Source: Haplodiscus bocki
Lineage: Eukaryota
Length of the DNA stretch: 64,000 nt
Direction: 5' to 3'
NCBI GenBank assembly: GCA_965655095.1
Contig: OZ296654.1
Coordinates: forward strand, 7,874,001-7,938,000
Below the pieces are notes generated by a model, which worked only from the letters and a program-made list of their open reading frames with translations, had not been told where the DNA came from and did no database searches. Below, piece after piece: positions 12,427 to 24,000 of the stretch. The first letter of the stretch is position 1; each line of letters opens with the position of its first letter. Made by a program: the position numbers and the translations under genes.

Positions 12427-13466
12427 AACGGTGTAGTCTGACATTTTTGATTGCGTAATTGCTTTTCCGGAATACGTTAAAGCAAAATTGCATGTAATTG
12501 TTTTTCCATTTTTTCGGCATCTAAATGTGCCTCATACCAAGTTATCACTTCGAAAATTGTCAAGTTCCACCGGTGATCAGAGGTTTTCCCCGGTGGACCA
12601 CCGATGGCCATTCAATGAATTCTAGATAACCTGCTCGAAACTTTTCCCACCAGTGGCCAGGTATTGACCATACATGGCCACAGGTTGGTTCAATGGAATT
12701 GCCATGGCCATCGGTGAGATGCCATGGAGTCTCAGCACGGGTTAATCTTTTTTCACAACTTTGAATTTTCAGAAGAAATTGCAAAAAGTAAAAGTAATTT
12801 TAACATCCTATTTTAATACATTGATTTTCAAATTTAGTAAATTCAAACATGATTCTGGGATAGTTTTCAAAACTTGTCCACCAACAGATGATATCAGCTG
12901 TTGCAGAAACATCACAGGCATCTATTGATGAAATGAAATTCCATAATTTTTTTTAACGTTACGAAATTCTCAAAAGAATTTGGCCAAAAACGCATTTTTT
13001 TAAGTTTTTGGCCCTATGCGTTGGAACTTTTTCCAACAAACACCATTATAATCTAAAAATTCTAAGAATATTTTGTTTCAGGTACTTTTGTCCAAAACGA
13101 TTATTCCCGAAGTTCTCCGTGCTTAAAGTTGACTTATGCATTAAAATTGTAGCATCAATTAAAATCACTACTGCATAAATTGCTTAAATTGCACTGCTGC
13201 CAAGCAACTGTACAACTTCATTTCGAACTTTACAATTTCTGATGTTTACAATCAACGCGACTACAGTGTCCGAAAAAAGACAAGAGGTGTTCCTATAAAA
13301 TCAAAAAATTCCCCATGGATGGTAAAAACCAAAGAATTCGAAACAATTTGATTAATTTTTATTTCTCGCAGCATATGTATTATGCAAGAAAAATTATTCA
13401 TTCAGTAGGGTCGTTTTTGTTTTTTTTATCTGACCAAAACTGCCAACTCTTTTTATTCAAAAATAA

Positions 13467-13537
13467 ATGACAGCAGTAGGGTTAGGACAACACCGTTCTC
13501 AAGTAGTAGGTTTGGGGTTCGAGTCTCTGTCATGCCA
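13467..13537 (+). pseudogene. Degenerate tRNA-derived segment (SINE head or tRNA pseudogene)
   Basis: Complementary ends ATGACAG/CTGTCAT, A-box-like GCAGTAGGGTTAGG, B-box GGTTCGAGTC and a 3' GCCA. The cloverleaf is imperfect. Confidence 0.45.
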
Positions 13538-13559
13538 AATTTTTACGATTTATCCTTAA

Positions 13560-14520
13560 CATTTTTTGATACGCGAAACTAATGACACACTAAACGGTTC
13601 CTTTACAAAGTTTTTCGGCACTGTGAGACAAAAAATTTTCGACGGAAAATTGTAATACCCCCTGTTATGCATAAAATTTTTCGATACACCAAATTCTCTG
13701 AAACATTGAAGGAATGCCCACGAAATTTTTCGGCACTAAGAGACCAAAAATTTTCGACTGAAAAACGTGATACCCCCCCCCCCCTTTCAACCATAAAATT
13801 TTTCGAAACGAGAATTTTTCTCAAAAACAGTAGGATTTCCTTACGAAATTTTTCGGCACTGTGAGACATAAAAATTTCGACTGAAAGTCGTGATATGCCC
13901 CCTCTTATCCATAAATTTTTTCGATACCAGAAATTTTATGGAAAACAGAAAGGTTCCTTTACAAAAATTTTCGTTTCCGTCCTGTGAGACAAAAAATTTC
14001 GACAAAACCGTGATGCCACGCCCCCTCATATGCATGAAAATTTTCGATAAAAGAATTTTTCTGCAATACCAAAGTGTTCTCCAATGAAATATTTCGATAC
14101 AGTGAGACAAAAACTTCGACGGAAAATCGTGATACCCCCCCCCCCCCTCTTATCCATAAAATATTTTTCCCTACCAAAAATTTTCTGAAACACAGATTGG
14201 TTCCCTGGCGAAGTCTTTTCGGTCCTGTGAGATAAAAAATTTTTCGACAAAAGCGTGAAGCTTCCCCCCTTCTTTGCTTGAAACTTTTCGATACCAGAAT
14301 TCTTTGGAAACCCAGAAGGGTTCTCCCACGAATTTTATCGGCACTGTGAGACAAAGATTTTTCAACGGAGTTTAGTGATATCCCCTTCTTATGCATAAAA
14401 TTTTGCGATACACGAAATTTTCTGAAACACCGAAGTGTTCCCCAACGAAATTTTTCGGTACTGTGAGACAAAAAATTTTGAACGAAAAGTCGTGGTACCC
14501 CCTCTTTTGCATAAAATATA
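13560..14520 (+). repeat. Tandem array of about 8 diverged ~120-bp units
   Basis: The core TTTTCGGCACTGTGAGACAAAAAATTTTCGAC...CGTGATACCCCC recurs near 13612, 13728, 13850, 13975, 14093, 14216, 14336 and 14452. Confidence 0.93.
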
Positions 14521-15078
14521 GAAATCAGTGCTGGAATTGATGTTTGTAGAAAACTTTCGCAAACTAGATTTTAAACAATAGTCTCGTTTTTAACTGAGGG
14601 CAAATGTTGATCAAAATATTTGTGTTCCTGCGAAAAATATGCCGGTGCTAGCCGGCCGTCTTGTTTGACATGCAACTACCATGTTCAATCAACTGCCATG
14701 TGACTCCATACGTTGCCGAAATTCAAATACACCACGTGAAATAACCCTCAAGTACCCGAAATTTCCAGAACGAACGTATTGCAGATGAAATGTTTGATCA
14801 TCGCTGATTCTCAATTACACTTCAAATTTCGAGACCCAAAATGGGCGAGCAATGCAGTTTTAGACATTTTTAGCAGACGAATTACGACAAAATTTCATTA
14901 TTTGTGACACTTCACAGTCTTACAATTCTTACGTTTGAATGAGAAGCACACTGAGGTCATTTTTCACAAAATTTGACCTTCTTTTCGTCCTTCATAGGCT
15001 AGCATTATCAAAAAACTGATTTGTTTAACCAGCGGCAGATTGTGCGTCATAAAAGCTGACCGAAATTTTTTGTCAATG

Positions 15079-18000
15079 CTATATTTGTAAACAAAAGATG
15101 ACCTGAAAGTAATGCTTGCTCCGGCTGTGAGTAAACAAATAATGAAAGACTGACTAACCACTTGAATATTTTCCTCTTCGGTGATGAACCGCTTGCATAC
15201 TCGGTTGGCTATTTCCTAAAACACACAAATTCCTCACTTTTTGCAACTTGGTAACGGAACCAACGAAACTTTTTGTTGACTCCACGGACGTTCACCGTGA
15301 CTTGGGATCTCTTCTGTTAATCCCCCCCCCCCCACTGATTTCACTCCACCCCCCCCCCCCTCCCACACCATAATGGATATGCGAAATAATAAGTGGCGTA
15401 ATGTTTCAACTCACGCGCGAGTGAATTTTAGCCAATCAGAGACGAGTTCGCTTCTGTGTGGAGGAGGAGGAGGAGGAGGAGGAGGAGGAGGAGGAGGAGG
15501 AGGAGGAGGAGGAGGAGGAGGAGGAGGAGGAGGAGGAGGAGGAGGGAGGAGTTAAATTTTGAGCTTCTACAGTTGGGGGGCGGGGGAGTTAACAGCAAAG
15601 ATCCGTGATTTGATTTGAAAACTAGATTTAATTAATGATTATCTTGAAATGCGCGCTTAAGAGGTGCAGTAGCACTCCGATATTTTGTGACAATAGCTGC
15701 TTAGAACTTTGTAAAAATTAGAAAAACGTGAGGCCCTATTCAAAGAGTATGGCTAGAAATTTATTTTAAAAAAGCAAACTCCGGAAGGCAGCAAATGGCG
15801 GAATTTTTTAGGAGGTAACCATTGCAAATTTTCGTGATATCCCCCATGCCTATTCCAAAAATTTTGTGACACTTCCGGTGAATCCCTATATTATCCGCCA
15901 TTATTGCCAACTTACCAGGCATGCTCTTTGGTTTCCCTTTGCATGTTCATTTTTTCTCAAAACACCCAAAACTTTCATGTCAACTCACGTTTATCATTTA
16001 TTTGACTACCAGCATTTCTAACATCCGCCACCTTTGCCAACATACCATGCATGTGTTTCGACTGTCCCTTGCATTTTTTTCGAAAAGAGGAGAACCATTG
16101 CGAAAATGAAAGATAGGCGCCATGTGCATTGCGCGACGGCTTCGAGCATTACCACTTCTGCAAGAAAGCAAAGACTAAAGTCGACGCTGCAGCTTAAGTA
16201 CAAACAAAATTCAGACTAACTTGTCGAAAAAATTTCATTCGGTGCCTTAATGCCATAAAATTTGAGAATATTAATCACTTGTCATCAATTACCCAAGGCG
16301 AAAAGTGAAAATGATGCAGCTGTTCCCAAATTAGTCCTATTCACTTGCAGGTGACCATCATGCAATTTTAAAGTCTTACAGGTTACTAAGATTTACAATA
16401 ATTTTCAGAAAAATTTCCCCAGAAAAAAGCCTTAAGATAGCTGCCGACCTCGTTTAATTCCCCTGTAATGAGTCAACACTCGGGTATCCATATTAAAATA
16501 TCACAACATTGCAAGCGACCTTCTCATGCTGAATTTGGAAGGCTATGCAAGAGACAATTTTCTACCGAAACTTCCGGGTTTGCAAACCCGTCGTTTCACC
16601 CATTCGAGAAGTATTGAAATTAGGAAGCCACTGGCAACTGTAGAGTAGCCACATTACAGTTGCAGTAGAACGTATAGGTTAAAAGTTTGCTTGAAAATTC
16701 AATTTTCCGAACAAATACTTGAATTTCGGGAAAATTTTTGATTGTTGGAAAAATATTCACAAATCCGGACAGTACATAGGACAAAATAATTAAGAACTCA
16801 GTAGACCACTTCCATACAAATTTCAGGACTGTAAGGTACTCCTTCGAGGTAAAAGTCAAAGCGTACAGGAGAAACGCTCCAGGTTGGAAAAATCCTAAAA
16901 GCCGAGAGAAGTTTTTTTCAAGGAGTTTTCTTGGGCCAAAAAACGCCGAAAACAGCACAAAAAAAATCTCTTTTACTTATGATATCACCCACTGATCTTC
17001 GGAGTCTTGTTGCAAAATAGAGGGATTCGGATCAACCCGTTCGAACACGTTTGCACTGATGAAGAGACGGATAGAAATGAATTTTTCGATTTTTCGCGAA
17101 TATTTTCGCCAAAACTCCTTGAAAAAAATCCGCGAATAGTCGACAAAATAGTAAATGAAGTTCTTTTTGTTGTTTCATCAATTTGATAGCATTGCTAGAA
17201 CACGTGAGCATTATGAGCCCTAAAAATAGCGATTTACCACTTGCCATCTGAAAAAAAAAACAGCATTTTTCAATTCTTTTTAAAATCCAAGCATGATGAG
17301 CGACAGCCTTAACAGCGTATTTTTACATGAAACAGGTCCATTGGACCAATAGCTAGAAAGTAATTGGGGCTCGACGTTCATAACGCAGTGGGCAAATTCC
17401 AGGTTTTTATCGTTAATCATTCCACAGCTGAAACGAATTTCGGAAATTTTTTTTGCATTATCTAAAGGCAACTTTCACTGCAGTACTTTTTACCACATTC
17501 CACCCTTTTCCCACAAAAATTATGAAGCTTCAAAGCTGAAGGATTTCGAAAAATGTCGTCTCCGCGAAAAAAAACCAAGTTGAAACAATAAGGCTTCACT
17601 CGAAGCGTTGAAAAATTTATCGAAAAATTAAAAAAAATTTGATTTCGAAAGATGTGAAAATTTCTGGAATTACAAAAACCAGTCAAAATACTCCACAGTG
17701 CCTTAAAATTTTCACGTATTCGAAAAGTTTCGCGAAAAAAATCTGTAAGAAAGCAAAAATAAACTTTTTGGTGTATAAAGAATGGATAATTTTGTAGTAA
17801 TTGATAAAAACGCGAAACATGTTCTAAAAAGTTTGGTCGCAGTGGGGATCGAGCCTGGACCCTTGTATTGAAAGAACGCCAGTGATTGATTTTCATTGTC
17901 ATTCACCACTAAGCTATGAAGTAAAACGCGCCAGATCAAGGAAGCCTGCAAATGGACTGGCAGAGTGCCGCAGTAAATTTAATTAAAGTAAAAGCAGACT

Positions 18001-21000
18001 ACTGCACTGATTTTGACCTATACCAAAGTATCGTCAAAATAAAATTTTGTTTAACTTTGATCAAAGGAGTTGTTAATTCGGCACCCGATATAAAAATCAC
18101 AGGCAAAGAGCTCTCAAAATATTTGTAGAAAAACTTTTTCTACAAAAAATGGGGAAATGGAAAAACAGCGTATGTGGTATTCCAAGCCGGGCAATGCTTG
18201 CCCGCAATCCCGACAAAGAAGACTCGATATAAACATTTTTGTAAAACAACAGCTATTTCAACCATTGTACCATGGTGAAATGTGCTAAAACCGCATAGTT
18301 GTGTATAGTAATAGATGTTCTGAAAATATAGTAATAGATGTTCTGACCTCGCCATTGATATCATACAAAGTAGTGACGAATTCCTCGGCCACTGGCCAAG
18401 CTGCTATGTCTTCTGCAACCACGGAATGAGGAGGTTCATGCACTGCCCCAGCACAATTCGTACTATAGACCTGCAACAAACATAACAGACACATCAACAT
18501 ACGTGAGACATTGACAAAAACTCAAAAAAAATCTCAGTGATAGCATGGTTGATAAGAGGTCTCAAATCAAAATTGACACTTATAATCTTAAATGGTACTA
18601 AATCAACAACATAGCCGCGCAGAGCAGATAGGACTTGGGAAAATTTTGAAACTGCTTTTGATTTGCGCGCTCTCACCGCTACTTTGATGCTCTCTATGAT
18701 CCCTCCTGTACTCACACGCAGCTTTGCCGAGTTTCTCAAAAAACTGAAATTTCTCAAATATCCCAGGAAATTCCTTATTTCGGACGAGGTCGCAAAATTT
18801 CGTACGAATAATTATAAAAAACCGAGTAACACTATCAGTACTTCGTAAAACCAAAATTTTCCGAAGCTGAAGTCCTAACAAGAATGTTTGCGTTAGGGTG
18901 GGGAATTTACAGCAATTGCTTTGTCTTAATTAATTACGCTCCTAAGACTAGCAGCGTGAAGTTTCAACTGTACATAACTTCCATAACGCCCACCGTTGTC
19001 ACCGGCACCAGGCAAGGATCCCGCTGGATTAAATAATGCATTAAGCAACACTTCCTATGCAGCACAAAGTCACGGGGGAGAAGCTTGAGCATTCAGTCCC
19101 GAAACTATAAGCTATCGAGATTTAGTTTAATATTTTTATAGACTGACTAGTCACTAACTGTAACAGTAGCTCTTGGCACTAAGGAAGCGTCAAGTGGGAA
19201 TATGAAGCTGCACTCCATGTCATTCGCCACTCTTCTCAGCTCGTAGTTTGCTAAAGAAATTTCCTGAAACAATGACAAAACCAAATTAGTTGAAATTAAT
19301 AGTTAGTGTTACAAGAACTATATCAAAAACTGGAGTCTTCACAGACATCCAACTTTGCTTCATACAAATGCCAAAAATGAAATTAAGGGTACATTTTTTT
19401 CTAATATTGAACAACCATTTCACATGTTCTCCCCACAGCCAGAAAATGCTACTCACATCTGGCATATTTTGAAGCTGCAGTAGAAGACAACTGCGACAAT
19501 TTTTCACTTTTTTATACAATAGATGTTACAAACTCTTTTCAAACCTTTCTTCTGGCTACGTACATAAATGCTCGATAAAACATGAACATTTTTCATAAAA
19601 AATCACTTCTTTCTTGATTGAATAAATAAAAACAGAGACTTTTCCCTTCCGAAGTCCAACTTGGTCTTGAAAAACTAGGTCGTAATTCATCTACAAGAAC
19701 AACTTGATTCCTGAACACTGAAACATTCGTGCCCTTTATTAATCAAAAAGTTCTTCTATCGGATAACTGCAAAAAGAGAGTGAATGCTCGGTGCTGAGTA
19801 CTTGATTGGTGTGATTTTGGACTGTAACGAATCGGCCTTCGGGGTCGGCGTCGACAATTTCTAGACCAATTAATTTGGTTGAATGCACAGTTTCACTGCT
19901 GAAGTACTCTTCTGTTCGCAGCTTTCTCTTCTTGCTGCGATTCGCTGAGCTACCATCGCCCGCCGACTTGCGTTTACGGCCCGGAGAGGGAGTTATGTTC
20001 ATTCTGAAACATGAAACCATTCGCATCCCATTATAAGTCCGAAAAAACTATTAAATGAAAGTTTCATTTTCCGGATGCAGGGTTCTGCTTCTTACTCGAA
20101 AGTGACGACAGCCCTTACAGAATCTGTTCCCCATAGCGGTAGCTACGGTACCATATTTGCAGCCAATTGGTCTAGCAATGGTGGACTAGCAGCAGAAGTA
20201 TCCGAAACTTTCCAAAGGTCCTTTATTCATTTTTCCAGATGCAAAACTTGTCGAAACAAAATACTGGAAAGAAAATTTCTGCTGTAAGGCCGCAGTTTTC
20301 GAGAAGAAAGAATTGAACGACTCTTGATAATTTTGGCTAGGGAAATTTCCATATTTTTAAAAACTGACATTTTAAAAATTCGAGCTTACGCTTCAGACAA
20401 GAATGCAGCTTTCTGATGTCTGAAGTTGATCGAAGGTGCCATTTCATAGCTCAATTTTCAATGAATGCTTTGTAATTTGCTAACAACTTCTACAAAAAAT
20501 AGATTTTTCGCGAACGTATTTTAAAGTCGAAAGTCGAACAGAGAAAAAATAAAGAGTAACCTGGCTTCCTCGCTTTCGATCATCTTCCTGTAAGCGGAGA
20601 TCTCCAAGTCTAGAGTGAGTTTCTCGTCCAGCAGATCTTGATACTCGTCACACTGCTGCATGAGCTGATCTTTGAGACGGTCAATCTCTGCCCTCACGTC
20701 TGCCTCCATCTGCAACGCCTTGTTGCGCTCTCGCATCAAAGTTTCCTCTATCTCTTGCACCTTGTCGTCCCGGTTTCTCAACTGAAAATCACAAAATATA
20801 TTACAAGATAAGAAGACAAAAGGGGGTTGTTAAGAACTTTCAAAAATTAAGAAAATTGGAGAACTCAGTTGGTGCGTGTTTTTAGTCGGCGCTTTATTTC
20901 AGTGAAATGCCCGACAATTGAATGGCTCTGCTGAAGTACCAGTTTTAGCAAAAATATTTTTTGCTCATTAGGTATCCCCGTAGCCTAGTGGGTAGGACAA

Positions 21001-24000
21001 AAATTCAAACTCCAGAGGTCGGGGTTTCGAATCCCAATATAAGCTATAAGCTATGTTTTACACCAATATTATGTACAAATGTACCCAAAAATATACCAAC
21101 TACTTACCGTCATATAGATCTACCAAAATTTTTCTCAGCAGCCCCCTATGAATTTTTTGGTAGTTGAGACGAAAAACTTCAAAAATGAATATTGAATAAC
21201 CATTATTGAAGTCGAATTTTCTCGAAAACCAAAACTTTTTGTAAAGCATCAAAGCCTACCCCTCAAAGATATATTGAGCCTTACGGCAAAGCCGACTTGA
21301 GCGTTCCAGGATTAATTCCTGAAAACATAGGCAGCACGGTTGCAAGGAAAATGAAATTACCAACTAGAGAAACCCATGTTGCTCGAAAGCTGCTTTCAAT
21401 TTTTCTGCGACGATTTAGACCCAAAATTTAGGCCCAATAAATAGATAAATATCAAGGTTCATTTACTCTACGAACTACAGTGGTTGCTCAAAAGTTTCGA
21501 TCGATTAGGATAACCTCATAAAAACCAAGTTCACTCCGTTAAAGCTAATTTAGAAAAATGTAGTAGGGACACTAAGATGAATATCAGGATGTTTTTTGTT
21601 TCAATTTTAACACTTTAGCGGAAAAATGCTTCATTTAAACGCGAATAACATTAAAATTCGTCAGATCACAATGATTTATTTTTTTCACATGAAAAATGTT
21701 CACGTCATGAGTAAAAAACGTTTCTGCCAAACCGTTCAACAATACATCTCCGCAAAAAATTAAAGTTGATAAAACTGGAGGAGACTTGAATCTCTGAAAT
21801 TATGACATTTGTTGCCTAATATGGTCAGTACTGAGTTTTTTCTCTGTTAAGTTCAAAATAGAGAGAAAATGATAAAAATGGAGTGCGCAAAAGATTATAC
21901 AGAAGCAGAAATTTCAGAAATAAAAACATCGATTCGTAAAATTCCATGAAACTTTTGTCCTTATAATATCTCTCTAAATCAACTTCTTACGGGAAAAGTG
22001 AAACTTGGTTTTCAAGAGGTAATCTGAATCGATCCAAAACTTCAATCACCCAATGTATAATACTACAAGCCAAGAATGGCCACAGTCCGCTCCGCCTGAA
22101 TGGGTGAAAACGCTCGTAGGACAGAGTTGATTTTGATATTTGAAAAAAATCACTTTGGTATATTTTTGGCAAAAAAAATATAGCTTATGCTGGGATTCGA
22201 ACCCTGAAGTTGTCGATTCGCTAGATTTTATAAGGGGGATATAAGGGGGAATCATGAAAAATTTTGGACCAAATTTTTTCGACAATAAGTAAATTTTTGG
22301 CATGGTTTCCGGTATGAAATGTAAAAAAAATTGGTATGAAATGTAAGAAAACATAGGTTATGCATGGATCGAAACCGCTACCTGTCGATTCATCAGATTT
22401 AATAAGGGGTTATCACGAAAAAATTTTCTGACCAAAAATGTCATTTTTTGGAAATAGGTAGATTTTGGTATATATTCTGGTGTTAAATTTACAAACATAT
22501 AGCCTATACCAGTATTAGAACTCGCGAACTGTGGATTCGGAGCCTTTTTGTTCTACCTAGTGGGCTATATGAATGGTAAACACGAAAAATGTTTGGACCT
22601 AAGGCCCAATATTTTTTTTGCAAATCGGTAGATTTTTGGTATTTCCGGTATAAAATGAAACGAGCGAAAACTTTCGGTATGTACAAAAGTGGTATCAATT
22701 TTTGCCTTTTTTTTGTCTCAGTGCCGACAAGCGTCGTAGGGGTACCATTTTGTGTCTAAAAAACTTAAGGTACTGAATTTTCATCTACTTCAAAGCGAAA
22801 AAGTACTTTTTGGAAGCGAAAGAAAGGAAATACCATAAGAGTAAATAATAAAAACTATTCGCTTCACGTGATCGCTCAGCCGGACACGAAAATTTGGATA
22901 GACCATAGCGGTGTGGTAATATTTTCGTGTCAATTTTTTTGTCTCACAGTACCGAAAATTTCTAAGGACACTCGATATTGTGAAAAGTGAAAAATCGTTA
23001 TACTAGACGAGAGCTTTACAAAAATATCTGACATTCGCGTTTTTGACGTTTCGCAAAATGTGGGGCTGGGTATCACGAAAATTTTTGGTTTTGGCGTTCT
23101 CAAATAGAAATAGTGTTCACCTAAGATCTCAAAAAAATTTGGAGTTTGCGTTTTCAAAAATTTTTGGTATGTACAAAAGGAGGTATAAAACTTTTTTCGG
23201 AGTTTTTTCGTTTCACAGTGCGAAAGACATCGTAGGGGACCGTTACGTGTTTAACAAAATTGTAGCTTCTAAAGATTTTTGGCTAGAGCAAATGGGAGGT
23301 ATCACAATTTCAGTCCGGAAAACTTCGTTGGGGGATCTTTTTGTCACCCTGTAGAATTTGGGCCGCCTTAGGAAAGTTTTTCCAGCTCTGCAAGAAATTT
23401 GTTCATTGTGAACTAAAATTGGATCGATCCGAAGCTAGGAAAAACAAGAAAAGTCACTGTAATAGTCGGGCACTTTTTCTTCTAAGAAGCGCCGACTAAA
23501 AAGAACGAATCTTCATTTCTCGTCCTCAAAACAGGCAATAATGATACATACAAGTTCGCAAAATCGTTCCTTTTTGATGTGTGCCAACACAATATGCTGC
23601 CTTAAAAGTTAGCAGCCCACTTCGATACTTAAATAAGTAAATCATTAAATAATTGCAATGTATGTAGTGTACATAATGGGTGTAAAGTGTAAATAATGGA
23701 TGTCGTTCACCATTTCATTGAGATGAGTGACTTCCTGTAGCATCTTATTGTTATCGAATTGCAAATCATTGATAGTCTTTCTGCCCTGAACGAGCTCCTT
23801 GTCGCGATCAGTGTTGGCCTGATTCAGTTCTTGCAACTTCTGCTGGTAGTAGTTCTCCTTTTCTTGCTTGTAGCCCAGCATCTTGTTCTCGTGGTGGTTC
23901 CGCAAGTCTTCCAACAACTGCTCAATTCGGTTGTTGGCCTCGGAGTCTTTGCGACGCTCCATCTCTTCGATTTCAGTCACTTTCAAAATCGAACTTTCTT

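Larger units (their letters stand above)
13280..14664. mobile_element. Non-autonomous element carrying tandem repeats (Helentron/HINE-like or MITE)
   Basis: Ends are ACAAGA (13280) and TCTTGT (14664), with the hairpin GCCGG-TGCTAG-CCGGC just inside the right end. It contains a tRNA-like segment and a 120-bp array. The class is inferred. Confidence 0.55.

Noticed and set aside
12560-12784. GC-richer patch with a 13-bp inverted repeat (CACCGATGGCCAT) and a 74-aa ORF
   Set aside because: No paired termini or recognisable protein; probably a repeat fragment.
12830-12925. Minus-strand peptide DIICWWTSFENYPRIM, reminiscent of a hAT dimerisation domain; also tested as a last lamin exon
   Set aside because: Too short to support a call, and it gives no CaaX in the lamin phase.
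13603-14471. Seven overlapping ORFs on both strands, and a superficial CRISPR-like periodicity
   Set aside because: The ORFs are by-products of the 120-bp array. Whole units are homologous, so there are no unique spacers; there are no cas genes and the context is eukaryotic.
15373-15555. Poly-Gly ORF
   Set aside because: It is the (GGA)n tract inside a MITE.
18304-18346. 20-bp direct duplication beside a lamin splice donor
   Set aside because: The copy lacks the GT, so no alternative donor is created; a trivial local duplication.
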